DNA of 64,000 bases from Raja brachyura (taxonomy: Eukaryota), in NCBI GenBank assembly GCA_963514005.1, contig OY740820.1, positions 23,188,001 through 23,252,000 on the forward strand, given 5' to 3'. The notes beneath the pieces are model-generated. The model saw only the letters and a list, made by a program, of their open reading frames with translations, was not told where the DNA came from and made no database searches. Each line of letters opens with the position of its first letter. Within the stretch, counting starts at the first letter, position 1. The translations under genes and the position numbers were made by a program. This document shows positions 38,516 through 48,971 of this stretch, one piece after another.

Positions 38516-38659
38516 GCATCTGGAAAGTTTGTAGATGGAAGAAATGTGGTCAGAAATTGAATAAGATTAGGATCAAGTGAGCACATTGTGTTTGTCAGGC
38601 AAGGTGGGAACAATTGTGAATGCAGGACATGGCGACATTTATTTTTATCAACTTTACAG

Positions 38660-38770
38660 CTTCCATTGCGCTTCAATGATCATCTAGTCCTGAGACAACT
38701 GCGGTATACAGGCATGCTGGAAACTGTCAGGATACGACAATCAGGCTACAGTATTAAGTATACATTCCAG
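38660..38770 (+). CDS. MYO9A: MYO9A exon K (SH1/SH2 region): [37 protein letters not shown]; GC donor
   Basis: tacag| acceptor, CAG|gcaagt non-canonical donor, 111 nt; joins exon L in frame. Confidence 0.93.
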
Positions 38771-39723
38771 GCAAGTACCTCTGATTACTCATGAGTTTTG
38801 TTTTTTTATGCATAATTCTGCTTTGAATTGGATTTATAAATTGTATCAATTTAAATAGTGCTCCATAAATATCGTAAACCAGTTGATTACAAGTTGAACT
38901 GAATTCCAGTGATTGAAATATCTAAATCTCATTGCACCAAATGCTGAAAGCTGGTGAAATTAAGCCATGTGTATGTAAACTTCTCTAGACTTGGGTCAAT
39001 TTGCACTTAATTTTATTAACAAATCAAAATTTGTCAGATAAGGTGAGAAATTGTAGAACTCGGTTGTTTGCATTAACACCTGTGACCTTATCTTCAGTTC
39101 TATACAGAACAGACTATCTCTAAATCTATACCCTGTCTGGTAGGCTCATTCCAATTACTTTTCCTTTATAAAGTTATTTTAGAATGAAGGTCCTCAGGAT
39201 TTGTCACCTCTCCGACAGTTATTCAGTTTGCAGTTCATGGACGCTATTATTTCCACCCCCCCCCCCCCCCCCTTTCCGCCACACCCTGGTACCACTAAAT
39301 TGGCTGTTCTTCAAATACAAATCGTGATCTAAATGTCATCAGGCTATCTGAATGCCTGTGGCGACATTCACATTCACATTCATGAGTGTATTTCTGGCAG
39401 GATTCCATGTTGTGATCAGGAGTGGAAGTCTAGCTGTATTTTCTGTTCTCTTTGTCTGCTGCAACACTACCTACTGTTGTGATTCAATTGCTGCCTTTGC
39501 TGAGATCATCGCATTCAACAGCACCTGGTTGGATACTAGTGGGTTATTCAGCATGCATGTAATGTCATTTTTATTGCTGGGGGATGTGCATCCTGTATTT
39601 GGATTCTAATCTTTATCTGGTTTCTCTACCCATTGTGCCTGGGTAATGCCTTCCCGAGCATTGGAGTGCTTTATTTGATGTGCTGAACACAGCTGACGTG
39701 AGATGTGTTTTGAAATATTTCAG

Positions 39724-39846
39724 GAATTCGCCGATCATTTCCATGTGCTTTTGCCGCAAAGTACCACCTCTTCTCAACGCAGTATTCGGGATTTTGTGAG
39801 AAGTGTGAACCTCAACACAGACAGCTATCAAGTAGGCGAGACAATG
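39724..39846 (+). CDS. MYO9A: MYO9A exon L (converter): EFADHFHVLLPQSTTSSQRSIRDFVRSVNLNTDSYQVGETM
   Basis: ttcag| acceptor, ATG|gtgcgt donor, 123 nt. Confidence 0.93.
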
Positions 39847-40421
39847 GTGCGTTTTACAGTATGAAACAGCAAATGGGCTGGATTGACTTAATGTACAGTT
39901 AGAAGACATCATGTAAATTTATAATGGCAACAAAATAGAAATCCAACTCTAGAGTCACAAGCTCGTAAAGGGTGTGTTACAATATTTCTGATACAACCGA
40001 GGGGGTCTCATTGCCTCTTCCAAAAGTAGCTGCATTTGCTCAAAGAGAAGATGAAACATCTTCCTTTATTGGCAGACGTCTGTTTGGTTTTCTGAATGTG
40101 TCTGTTCATGTTAGTTATGAGTTGAACCACAGCTTCCCTACCTCAGTTTGACGAGTTTGATGGTAAAGGTTTGTAGATTTGAGTATTGAACTTGACTGTA
40201 ATGGTTCCTCCATCCAATATCCATTTGTACCTTTAGGCATGAGTCACCAGAAAGCTAGATAGGCTCAAGTTGAGAATTTGAACCACCTCCACCCCCACCC
40301 CCCCCCCACCCCCTTCCCAGTTACCCAACACCAATACACCAACACCTTGACCACCGAGTCAGGAACATAACCTTGGCCATTCTGCACCTCTAAGATCCCT
40401 GGACCCTGCTTTAGAATTTTC

Positions 40422-40707
40422 TTAGAATAAAGGGGAGGTCATTTAAGACTGAGCTGAGAAAAAAACTTTTTTACCCAGAGAGTTGTGAATTTATGGAATT
40501 CCCTGCCAGAGGGCAGTGAAGGCCAAATCACTGGATGGATTTAAGAGAGAGTTGGATAGAGCTCTAGGAGCTAGTGGAGTCAAGGGATATGGGGAGAAGG
40601 CAGGCACGGGTTATTGATAGGGGACGATCAGCCATGATCACAATGAATGGCGGTGCTGGCTCTAAGGGCCGAATGGCCTCCTCCTGCACCTATTTTCTAT
40701 GTTTCTA
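40422..40707 (+). mobile_element. CR1 3' fragment
   Basis: ttacccagagagttgtgaatttatggaattccctg...ttttctatgtttctat tail. Confidence 0.85.
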
Positions 40708-40902
40708 TTCTTTAGTTCTGTCCTTCTGACTCTGTTATCAAATACCTTTGCAGTCTCTTTTTCTCACACTATGTAGTACACAGAAATGTTTAGCTTCATT
40801 GGTGGTGATGTTTCAGGGACATTATCACATCTGTGTATTTACTTCTTCATGCCTTCTTTGCTGTGTAATACTGTTGCATTTGTCCTGCATCTTCCTCTGT
40901 AG

Positions 40903-41052
40903 ATATTTATGAAGGAGAGTGAGCGTCAGAGATTGCAAAACATGCTACACAAGGAGGTCCTTAGGAGAATCATTTTGCTTCAGAGGTGGTTTCGCACTGC
41001 ACTTGAACGGCGACAGTTCCTGCAGATGAAACGAGCTGCGGTTGTGATACAG
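40903..41052 (+). CDS. MYO9A: MYO9A exon M (end of motor, first IQ): [31 protein letters not shown]...AAVVIQ
   Basis: tgtag| acceptor, CAG|gtttgt donor, 150 nt. Confidence 0.95.
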
Positions 41053-41264
41053 GTTTGTAAAGAACTGAAAGCTGCCATGAACAAAGCAGAGCCCATTACA
41101 CAAGTTTAATACTACTCTTGGGAGGGAGCCCCTCTTAAGGTGAACAACGATAAGCAACCCTGCACGTTATACATGGTTTGTCCCCTCGTGCTTCTCTGCA
41201 AAAGGCAGCTTGTGCCATAAAGTTTGATTGATTCTGTTTTGATAGCAGGAGTCAAAGCAGAGCT

Positions 41265-41705
41265 CAGAGTGTTTAATTGTCATATGTACTGGAAACGGAA
41301 CAATGAAATTCTTACTTGCTTCACTTATAACAATAATGCAACAAATATCACGCAATAATCAGTAATACAATAAATGAATAATCAGTAATACTAGGTGATC
41401 AGACCATTTATAGTTCAAACCCCAAATTCATGGTGCAACCTGAAATAATGTCCACAATAGATCGTTGCTGAGGTAGGGGTGTGGTTAGTGCCGGGCAGTG
41501 GTGTTCAAGAGCCTGATTGTCGCTGGGAAGAATCTATTCTTGAACCCCGGCAGTGACGGCTTTCGGGCTTCTGTACGTTCTTTCCATTGGTAGCAACAAG
41601 GTTAGAACGTGGCCAGGGCGGTGAGAGTCTTTGACGATATTAGCTGCCTTTATGAGGCAGCGCCTTCTACAGATCCTTTTGATGATGGGGAGGTGAATAC
41701 CCATG
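41265..41705 (-). mobile_element. Rex1/Babar-like 3' fragment
   Basis: RCLIKAANIVKDSHRPGH..LLPM.RTYRS (ORF 41534..41719). Confidence 0.7.
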
Positions 41706-42105
41706 ATTGGGCTGGACACAACTGCCGTTACTGTTTTATTCTGTTTGAAACATCTGAGTATGGTGACTTTATTTTATTGTTCCTTGGTGACTTGCTTTAT
41801 TAGTTCAATTGTGAATTCCTTGCCAGATTTATTTGGGTTCCTACTGCTGATTGGACTAAATCTGCCCAAACAAGCTTTCTTTGGGGCTTTGCAGAGTGGA
41901 TGTGAACAGAGGTGGCTAAACCTTGTTAACTATTTCACGTCAGTGTATACACCCCCCTTGACTAGCTATGTGCATATTTAGAACACGCTGTTGGATGTCC
42001 TTTTTGCAAAATGTTTTTTAACATTTTTGATTTTCATGGCAACACTAACAGAAAGTAGTGATGATATTCTAGATTTTCTCAATTTTGTTCATTTTTTCTT
42101 TGCAG

Positions 42106-42410
42106 AATTATTGGCAAAACTACAAAATGAGTCAGAACCTCATCTACACAGACCCCAGTGTCCCAGATGCAGCAGCAACTAGTATTCAGGCTGTGTGGAA
42201 AGGCTACAGCCAGAGAAAGATGTACTTGCAAATGCATGATGCAGCTATTGTTATACAAAGGTGCTGGCGTGATTATTACAGGTACAAGCTTGCAGCACTC
42301 TGCATTCAGACAAATTGGAGAAGGTACAAGGAAATGCAAACGTACAGAGCTTTCAGGGATAGCATCATTAAAATTCAAGCAGCAAACCGAGGATTTGTGG
42401 TGCGACGCAG
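42106..42410 (+). CDS. MYO9A: MYO9A exon N (IQ motifs: IQAVWKGY, IQRCWRDY, IQTNWRRY, IQAANRGF)
   Basis: tgcag| acceptor, AG|gtaata donor, 305 nt, phase 0/2. Confidence 0.95.
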
Positions 42411-42577
42411 GTAATACTACAAGACTTGTTTTTGCTTCTTATTTGTATACCTTACAATTAAATTATATTCATGACCAGCTGCAGCAGTATTGAGTGTGTG
42501 TATACAGCATGTCAGTCACAGATATACTCACTGCTACTCATATTTGCATTCAGGTTATCATTACTGGAGAGTAATTA

Positions 42578-42710
42578 CTCTCTCTCGCGCCCTCTCTCTC
42601 ATTGCGCACTCTTGCCCTCTCGCTCGCTATCTCATTTGCACACTCTTGCACTGTTTCCCACCCTCTCGCTCTCTCCCTCTCCCTCGCTCTCACTCTTTCT
42701 CCCTCACTCC
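42578..42710. repeat. Degenerate (CT)n pyrimidine-rich microsatellite
   Basis: ctctctcgcgccctctctctc...ctctccctctccctcgctct. Confidence 0.7.
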
Positions 42711-42894
42711 CCATGTGGCTTGCTGAGGTGAGATAGTATTTTTGCAGCTGCGATTATTGAATTTGAAACCATTAAGTCTGAATAGAATTTAAGTATAATT
42801 ATGCAATGAGCACTGAGAGCATTTTAACCGAACAAAAACATGTAAATTCCAGCCCCTTTAATGATCACAATTGAATTGTTGCTTCTTGTTTTAG

Positions 42895-44574
42895 ATTTCA
42901 GGCATTGAAAAGACAAAAGGGTAAAGAAAAGAAAATACAGCTGGATGATGAACAAAAAATAGGATTGGATGAACACTTGCATGAAAATCTTTCTCAGCTC
43001 GCTGTATCTGATCTAATAAACATTGAATCTGAACTGAATGAGAGCCTTGTTTTGAAAGACAATGATATTCAGGGTGTACCTGCTGACTGCAATGATAGAT
43101 CTCCAGATATACAGGCTGGAACTTTCAACTTTGCCAATAGTGCAAATTTGTTCCAGTGTGTCACAGTGAGGGAGAGACCAAAGTCATTGCCCGGAGACCC
43201 TGATAAGCAGAAAGTGGTGCGTGCCAAACGAAACAGTCGGAGAATGAGAGAATTGGAGCAGGCCATATTCAGTCTTGGACTGCTGAAGGTGAGGTCAGGA
43301 GGTGTGTCTCCATCAGAGGAAGGACGGTGGTCCAATGAGCTGATTTCTGACAGTGTGAACTCCTTGTCTCCTCAGGGAACACCAGACAGTGAGAGCTCGA
43401 GAGGTAGTTTTGAGGTACCCAGTGGTGAAGAAAGCCATAAGAGAAAACTATCTTTAACTGTTTCTGATGACTTGGTCTCTGATTCCAGCCTACATACTAC
43501 TCAGGATAATCTTTCATCTAGTCCAAAGTTCATTGATCACGGTCTGTCCACTGACCTCCAACTTAATGGAAATAACCTGTCTTCCAGTTCTCATGCTAAC
43601 ACTAATTCTCATAGTCATATTTCCATGTCTCCAGGAACAGCCAACAAGGAGTGTGATTTTCAAAGATCAAGTTCGGAAGATTGGTCTCCCAGTCCTAGAC
43701 CATTGGTTAAGCAGGAATCCATTTTTTCAAGCTTGTTGCCAAATCATGATAGTAGCCCTGTGCCGAATGACACTACTGCTGTAGGTACTGACAGCCATAA
43801 ATTCAAAGACACTACCATCGGACCCAAAACAAGCAGAGCAGAAGATGACAAGGCCTCACCACTCTATGAACCTGCCACAGACGCAAACATGGATTCCTTC
43901 CCACAGACCACAATTCTGGAAAAGTTGGAATGGTTAAATGTGCAGCAGGCAGAGAGACAGAGACAAAGACGGCAGCAAAATGAGAAGGAAATGATGGAAC
44001 AGATAAGGCAGCAGAAAGAAATCCTTGAGAAACAACGCAAGGTTTTTGAAAAGCAGGAGAAGGATATGTTTGAGAGACAGCGAGGGGAAGCTCTACAGAA
44101 GATAGAGCAGGGCAGACAGAATGATTGTCCTCAGGTTCTTTACAAATCTCCAATCAAGCAGGCAGACAGGCCTCAGTCTTTTCCTGTTCTGCAGCAAGAC
44201 AGAAAATGGGATCGAGCTATCAGTTCTGATTCGCTTTCAGCAGCAGACACTGAGTCTAAGTTATTGAACACTGCAGAATCTTTAAATACTGACAATACCT
44301 CGGCTCAGTCCACAGGAAGAAATAGACCTGTCACTATGTTTTTTGAAATGAAGGAGCAGCAACCAAGTGGCCAGCAGGAATTCAATAAGCCAGACGGCTG
44401 GGCCCCTAAGCTGAGCTTGGAGTCCCGTGAAACTCTTCCCAGTTCAGAGCATTTCCCACAGGCTCAACCTCAAAAAGGGCGTGTAAGCACAAAAGAAGAG
44501 TCGACCAATAATACTGCCAAGGACAGGAACAACGTCTTATTCTTTTTGCCGAATGACAAAAATACACTGAGCAA
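42895..44574 (+). CDS. MYO9A: MYO9A exon O, large 1680-nt tail exon (Ser-rich low-complexity region, RRMRELEQAIFSL motif, coiled coil QQNEKEMMEQIRQQKEILEKQRK)
   Basis: ttttag| acceptor, AA|gtaagt donor, phase 2/2; corresponds to ORF 42905..44578. Confidence 0.94.
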
Positions 44575-45264
44575 GTAAGTTATTTTTCTTGATTAGTCGG
44601 GAGTATAAATAAACGCGGTTAAAGTCTGCTCAAAACAAATTCTAATATAGCACTAACATAAGCAGCAGTGGAATAATCAGTGATGGAGAAACTGGCCTGG
44701 TTTGGAAAGGCTTATTTGCTTGTTCCATTTCAATAACACTCACATTTTATGCAGTTATCTCTTTGAATCAAGGAAAAATAATAAACTACAGAAATAAACT
44801 CCGCCCACATAAATTATGAGAAGGCAGGAGAATGGGGTTCGGAGGGAGAGATAGATCAGGCATGATCAAATGGGGGTGTAGACTCGATGGGCCAAATGGC
44901 CTAATTGTATTCCTATCATGTATGACCTTATGACATAGCTCAAGAAACAGGACCTTTTGAAAGTTTTCTACGTAACATTCATGCCAGAGTTGTACCAGGC
45001 AATGATGTGTCTCACAGAGAGAGGCATGTCTGACCAACTCTTGCTGGGTTATACTACCATCAATATCCTGGACATCCAAGTCAACCGGAGCAGCCACGTG
45101 AAGCCATGACAATAAGATGCAGCCCTGTGCTGAGTGACTTACCTCCTGACGCCTCCGAGCTTTTCCACCAAGTGAAAGGTACAAGTCCAGACCATTATGG
45201 AATCATTTCCACTTGTCTGGATGAGTGCAGCTGCAGCAACTACAAGAGGTTCAACACCATCAGA

Positions 45265-45435
45265 ATGGCGCAGTGGTGCAGTTAGCACCACTGCTGCTGA
45301 CAGCTCCAGCAACTCAGGTTCAATCCTCCAGTGCTGTTTGTGTGGAGATTGCATGTTCTCCCTGTGACTGCGTGGGTTTCCTCTGAGTGCTCCAGTTTTC
45401 TACCACAGCCCAAAGATTGGTTGGTTAATTGGCCA
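45265..45435 (+). mobile_element. V-SINE (HE1-like), tRNA-derived head plus V core
   Basis: A-box-like tggcgcagtggt, B-box-like ggttcaatcc, core tgtggagattgcatgttctccctgtgactgcgtgggtttcc. Confidence 0.75.
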
Positions 45436-46226
45436 ACTGGTTTATGTCCTATGTTATGTACAAAATGTATTACGGTTATTCATCCGGGCTATTTGAACTG
45501 CACTGACCAAACCCGCAAGCTCCACCAGCAAGGAAGGCGAGGGCAGCTGGCCTGGGAGAATAGTGGCACCTGCAGGTTCCCCTCCAAGTTGCATACATTC
45601 TGATTTGGAAATATATCTCTGGGTTTAAATGTTAAAAAATCCTACCCAACAGCATTGTGGGAGTACCAGGAGGCCTAGATTTGTTAGAGCATGGGCAATA
45701 AATGGTGGCCTTGCCAGTGACACCCAGATATACAGAATAAGAAAGTTCAATTCATCAATATATTTCACAGTTATTTTCATTGCTGAGCCGCTAACTCTTA
45801 CTTTCACTTGCTTGTCGTAACATGTACAGTGTTTAATTTAAGGTGCAAGTTAATAATTGAGTGTTGAAAGAGTTGACTAATGACTTTATGTAACACAAAG
45901 GAGAAGAGAGTGTAATCTAAGAATCGTTTAAAAAATAATAAGGGTAAATTGTTTTGAAGTATTTCACCCACAGCTCCAAATGATTTGGATTTCTTTCTAT
46001 TCTACTGAAAGACCTTAGTGAGGGGGACACGATCATGAGCAGCATGGGTAAAGTGAATACTTTCGGTCTTTTCTGGAGGACATTGGCTTAAGATGAGAAG
46101 GGAGAGGGTTAAGAGGGACCTTGGGCAACCATTTCACTCCGTGGGTAGTCCATATCTAGAATAAGCTGCCAGGAGAAGCAGTAGAAGCACATTACAACTT
46201 TTGTAAGGTATCTGGACAATGATTGC

Positions 46227-47115
46227 TTGGAAGCTGCAGGGTGATTTGGATAGGCTGAGTGAATGGGCAGATGCATGGCAGATGCAGTACAATGTGGATA
46301 AATGTGAGGTTATCCACTTTGGTGGCAAAAACATGAGGGTAGACTATTATCTGAATGGTGGCAGATTAGGTAAGGGGGAGATGCAACGAGACCTGGGTGT
46401 CATGGTACACCAGTCATTGAAAGTAGGCATGCAGGTGCAGCAGGCAGTGAAGAAAGCAAATGGTATGTTAGCATTCATAGCGAAAGGATTTGAGTATAGG
46501 AGCAGGGAGGTTCTACTGCAGTTGTACAGGGTTTTGGTGAGGCCACACCTGGAGTACTGCGTACAGTTTTGGTCTCCAAATCTGAGGAAAGACATCCTTG
46601 CCATAGAGGGGGTACAGAGAAGATTCACCAGACTGATTCCTGGGATGTCAGGACTTTCATATGAGGAAAGATTGGATAGACTCGGTTTGTACTCGATGGA
46701 ATTTAGAAGATTGAGGGGGGATCTTATAGAAACCTACAAAATTCTTAAGGGGTTGGACAAGCTAGATGCTGGAAGATTGTTCCCGATGTTGGGGGAGTCC
46801 AGAACAAGGGGTCACAGTCTAAGGATAAGGGGGAATTCCTTTAGGACCGAAATGAGGAAAACATTCTTTACACAGAGAGTGGTGAGTCTCTGGAATTCTC
46901 TGCCACAGAAGGTAGTTGAGGCCAGTTCATTGGCTATATTTAAGAGGGCGTTAGATGTGGCACTTGTGGCTAAAGGGATCAGGGGGTATGGAGAGAAGGC
47001 AGGTACGGGATACTGAGTTGGATGATCAGCCATGATCACATTGAATGGCGGTGCAGGCTCGAAGGGCCGAATGGCCTACTCCTGCACTTATTTTCTATGT
47101 TTCTATGTTTCTATG
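46227..47115 (+). mobile_element. Young 5'-truncated CR1 LINE (RT C-terminus, 265-aa open frame, 3' UTR, (ttctatgt)n tail), nested in an older CR1
   Basis: LQGDLDRLSEWADAWQMQYNVDKC..RPHLEYCVQFWSP..TRGH..FFTQRVV; older host at 46020-46220 and 47116-47222. Confidence 0.92.
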
Positions 47116-47439
47116 ATATGAATAGGAAGGGTTTAGGGGGTGATGGGCCAAATGGGACTATGGCAGCATTAGCATGGGCAAGGTGGGACAAAAGGACAGT
47201 TTCCATGCTGTACAGCTCTATGAATGACTTAGATGTTGAACTGTGAGGGAATCCTCAAAATGTAATTGAGTACAGAGCTGGAATTTAGATAGTTAAATTA
47301 TATTTGTCTAATCTCAAAGATGCAGACAGCCCTCTGATGCTCACCTTATAGCTATTATTTGTACACTAGTCTTTATAACCACAGCAGCATAACAACTAAG
47401 CGTAATCATGATTTTGTGAATGGGCTTGTACAGCATATA

Positions 47440-47615
47440 TCACACCATCGGGACATTCCAAAGTGTTCTACGCCTAATGAAGTATTTTTGAAATGTAGTC
47501 ACAGTTGCGGGTAAATAGTTTAACTTTCTTTCTAAATGATGGCAGCTTTTGATGGTGCCACACTTCCTCATTACTGCAAGGAATTACCACCTTGAATTAA
47601 ATGCTCCATTTGATG
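47440..47615 (-). mobile_element. Very decayed Deu-domain-type (SacSINE-like) SINE remnant
   Basis: ggacattccaaagtgttctacgcctaatgaagtatttttgaaatgtagtcac resembles shark SINE sequence as I recall it. Confidence 0.4.
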
Positions 47616-47909
47616 TATAGTTGAGCATAATTCCTGGGACAGGAAGTTGGGATGGAAATCCAGGACTCTCTACCCAGCATATCCTTTCCCTGCAACATGC
47701 AGTCTGCCCTATCTAACCCAGGGAGAAGATGGTATTTGTTGCCTGAGCTGCTGAGCTCCAAGGGTTAGGACACATCCTGAAGTACCTAGGTGTATGGCTC
47801 AGCCTATGATGGCCATTGTGTTTACTCATGGCGATTAAGTCCCGATTGCTTCAGCTGTTAAATCATGAGAAATCTGCTTATTATTCATTATTAATACTGC
47901 ACTTTACAG

Positions 47910-48015
47910 GATTGACAAAGATTCTGTGAATCTGGAAAAATCTCCTGCTTTTTCCAAAGAAGATGAAGCTTTCAGAGAAAATATGGCAAGATCATCACTC
48001 GTAAAAATAGCTGAT
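47910..48015 (+). CDS. MYO9A: MYO9A exon P: IDKDSVNLEKSPAFSKEDEAFRENMARSSLVKIAD
   Basis: tacag| acceptor, GAT|gtaagc donor, 106 nt; supplies the required phase 2 to 0 change; weak sequence conservation. Confidence 0.8.
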
Positions 48016-48758
48016 GTAAGCAATTTAATCTTGTTGGTGGATTGTGAAATTGTGGACATGATGATGGAGGTGGTGAAGGGAGCACAAGTCTGTGGTGAAT
48101 GAGGTTTATTCAAATTTAATCTTGTACAATGCCCAACATAACAAGATCACAGCTTCTGGAGATTTGTGATCCTTTCCCCATGAGTTTTCATAATAAGCAT
48201 AAAAGGATTCAATCTTTAAATTTGATTTCTTAATATTTTTATTTTCCCACGCCCCTATTTCATGAACAAGCAAACTGTTTTGGGTAGATTGACATGGGTT
48301 CTACGGGAGAAAGTAGTCTTGCTGCATCAATCCCAAAGAGCTGCTGTTCATGAGTAAATTGGAGTGTTGAATGTTATCAGTCTTTGACTGTTGTGGGCAT
48401 GGATGGGGGCTCTTAATCAAAACTCAATTCAGTCACCATCAGCCGCCCTAAGTTTACTTTTCACCAGAGGAAAGAGCTTACAATAATCCAGCAGTTATTC
48501 CATGTAACATGAAATGCCCTGACCTGTACGCCCCTACGCTACTACATATGGTCCTACTGTTCACAGGGTTCTTTGTATGTTTTTGTTAAGCATTTCAATG
48601 GCCTTGACCTCTTGCAGTATTTACAATCTTCACTACTATAACTTGCCTTTTCTTTTGCCATTCGTGTGTTTTGTGTAATCTTCCTCAGGGCACATGGCGA
48701 CCCATTGCGTCATTTGGAGTTACATGTTTTGATTTTTGTATGTTATTCGGTCAATCAG

Positions 48759-48971
48759 GTTACAAGACCCGTGCACAAAAAGAGAGCCCGCATGGCGCGG
48801 ACCCGCTCTGATTTCTTGACTAGGAGCACTAACGCTGAAGGGGAAGGAGAGACTGAGGAAGAGGAGCATGATGACCCCTCCAATGAACCCCCTCTCTCCC
48901 CCAACCAACCTAGATCTGAGCTGAGGGCCAAGGACAGTGCCGGACAGGCCTGTTACAGTGACTCAGAAATG
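48759..48971 (+). CDS. MYO9A: MYO9A exon Q (213 nt, 71 aa, symmetric; probable alternative exon): VTRPVHKKRARMARTRSDFLTR...QACYSDSEM
   Basis: atcag| acceptor, ATG|gtaaat donor; resembles my recollection of the 71-aa insert in a longer human MYO9A isoform. Confidence 0.9.

Noticed and set aside
42905-44578. 557-aa ORF as a standalone gene
   Set aside because: Bounded by AG/GT splice sites and phase-compatible with neighbouring MYO9A exons; it is the large tail exon.
45265-45330. tRNA gene
   Set aside because: A/B-box-like motifs continue into a V-SINE core; no complete cloverleaf.
46219-47016. 265-aa ORF as a host or domesticated gene
   Set aside because: It is the C-terminus of CR1 ORF2 with the CR1 3' tail; 5'-truncated, with near-identical copies elsewhere in the window.
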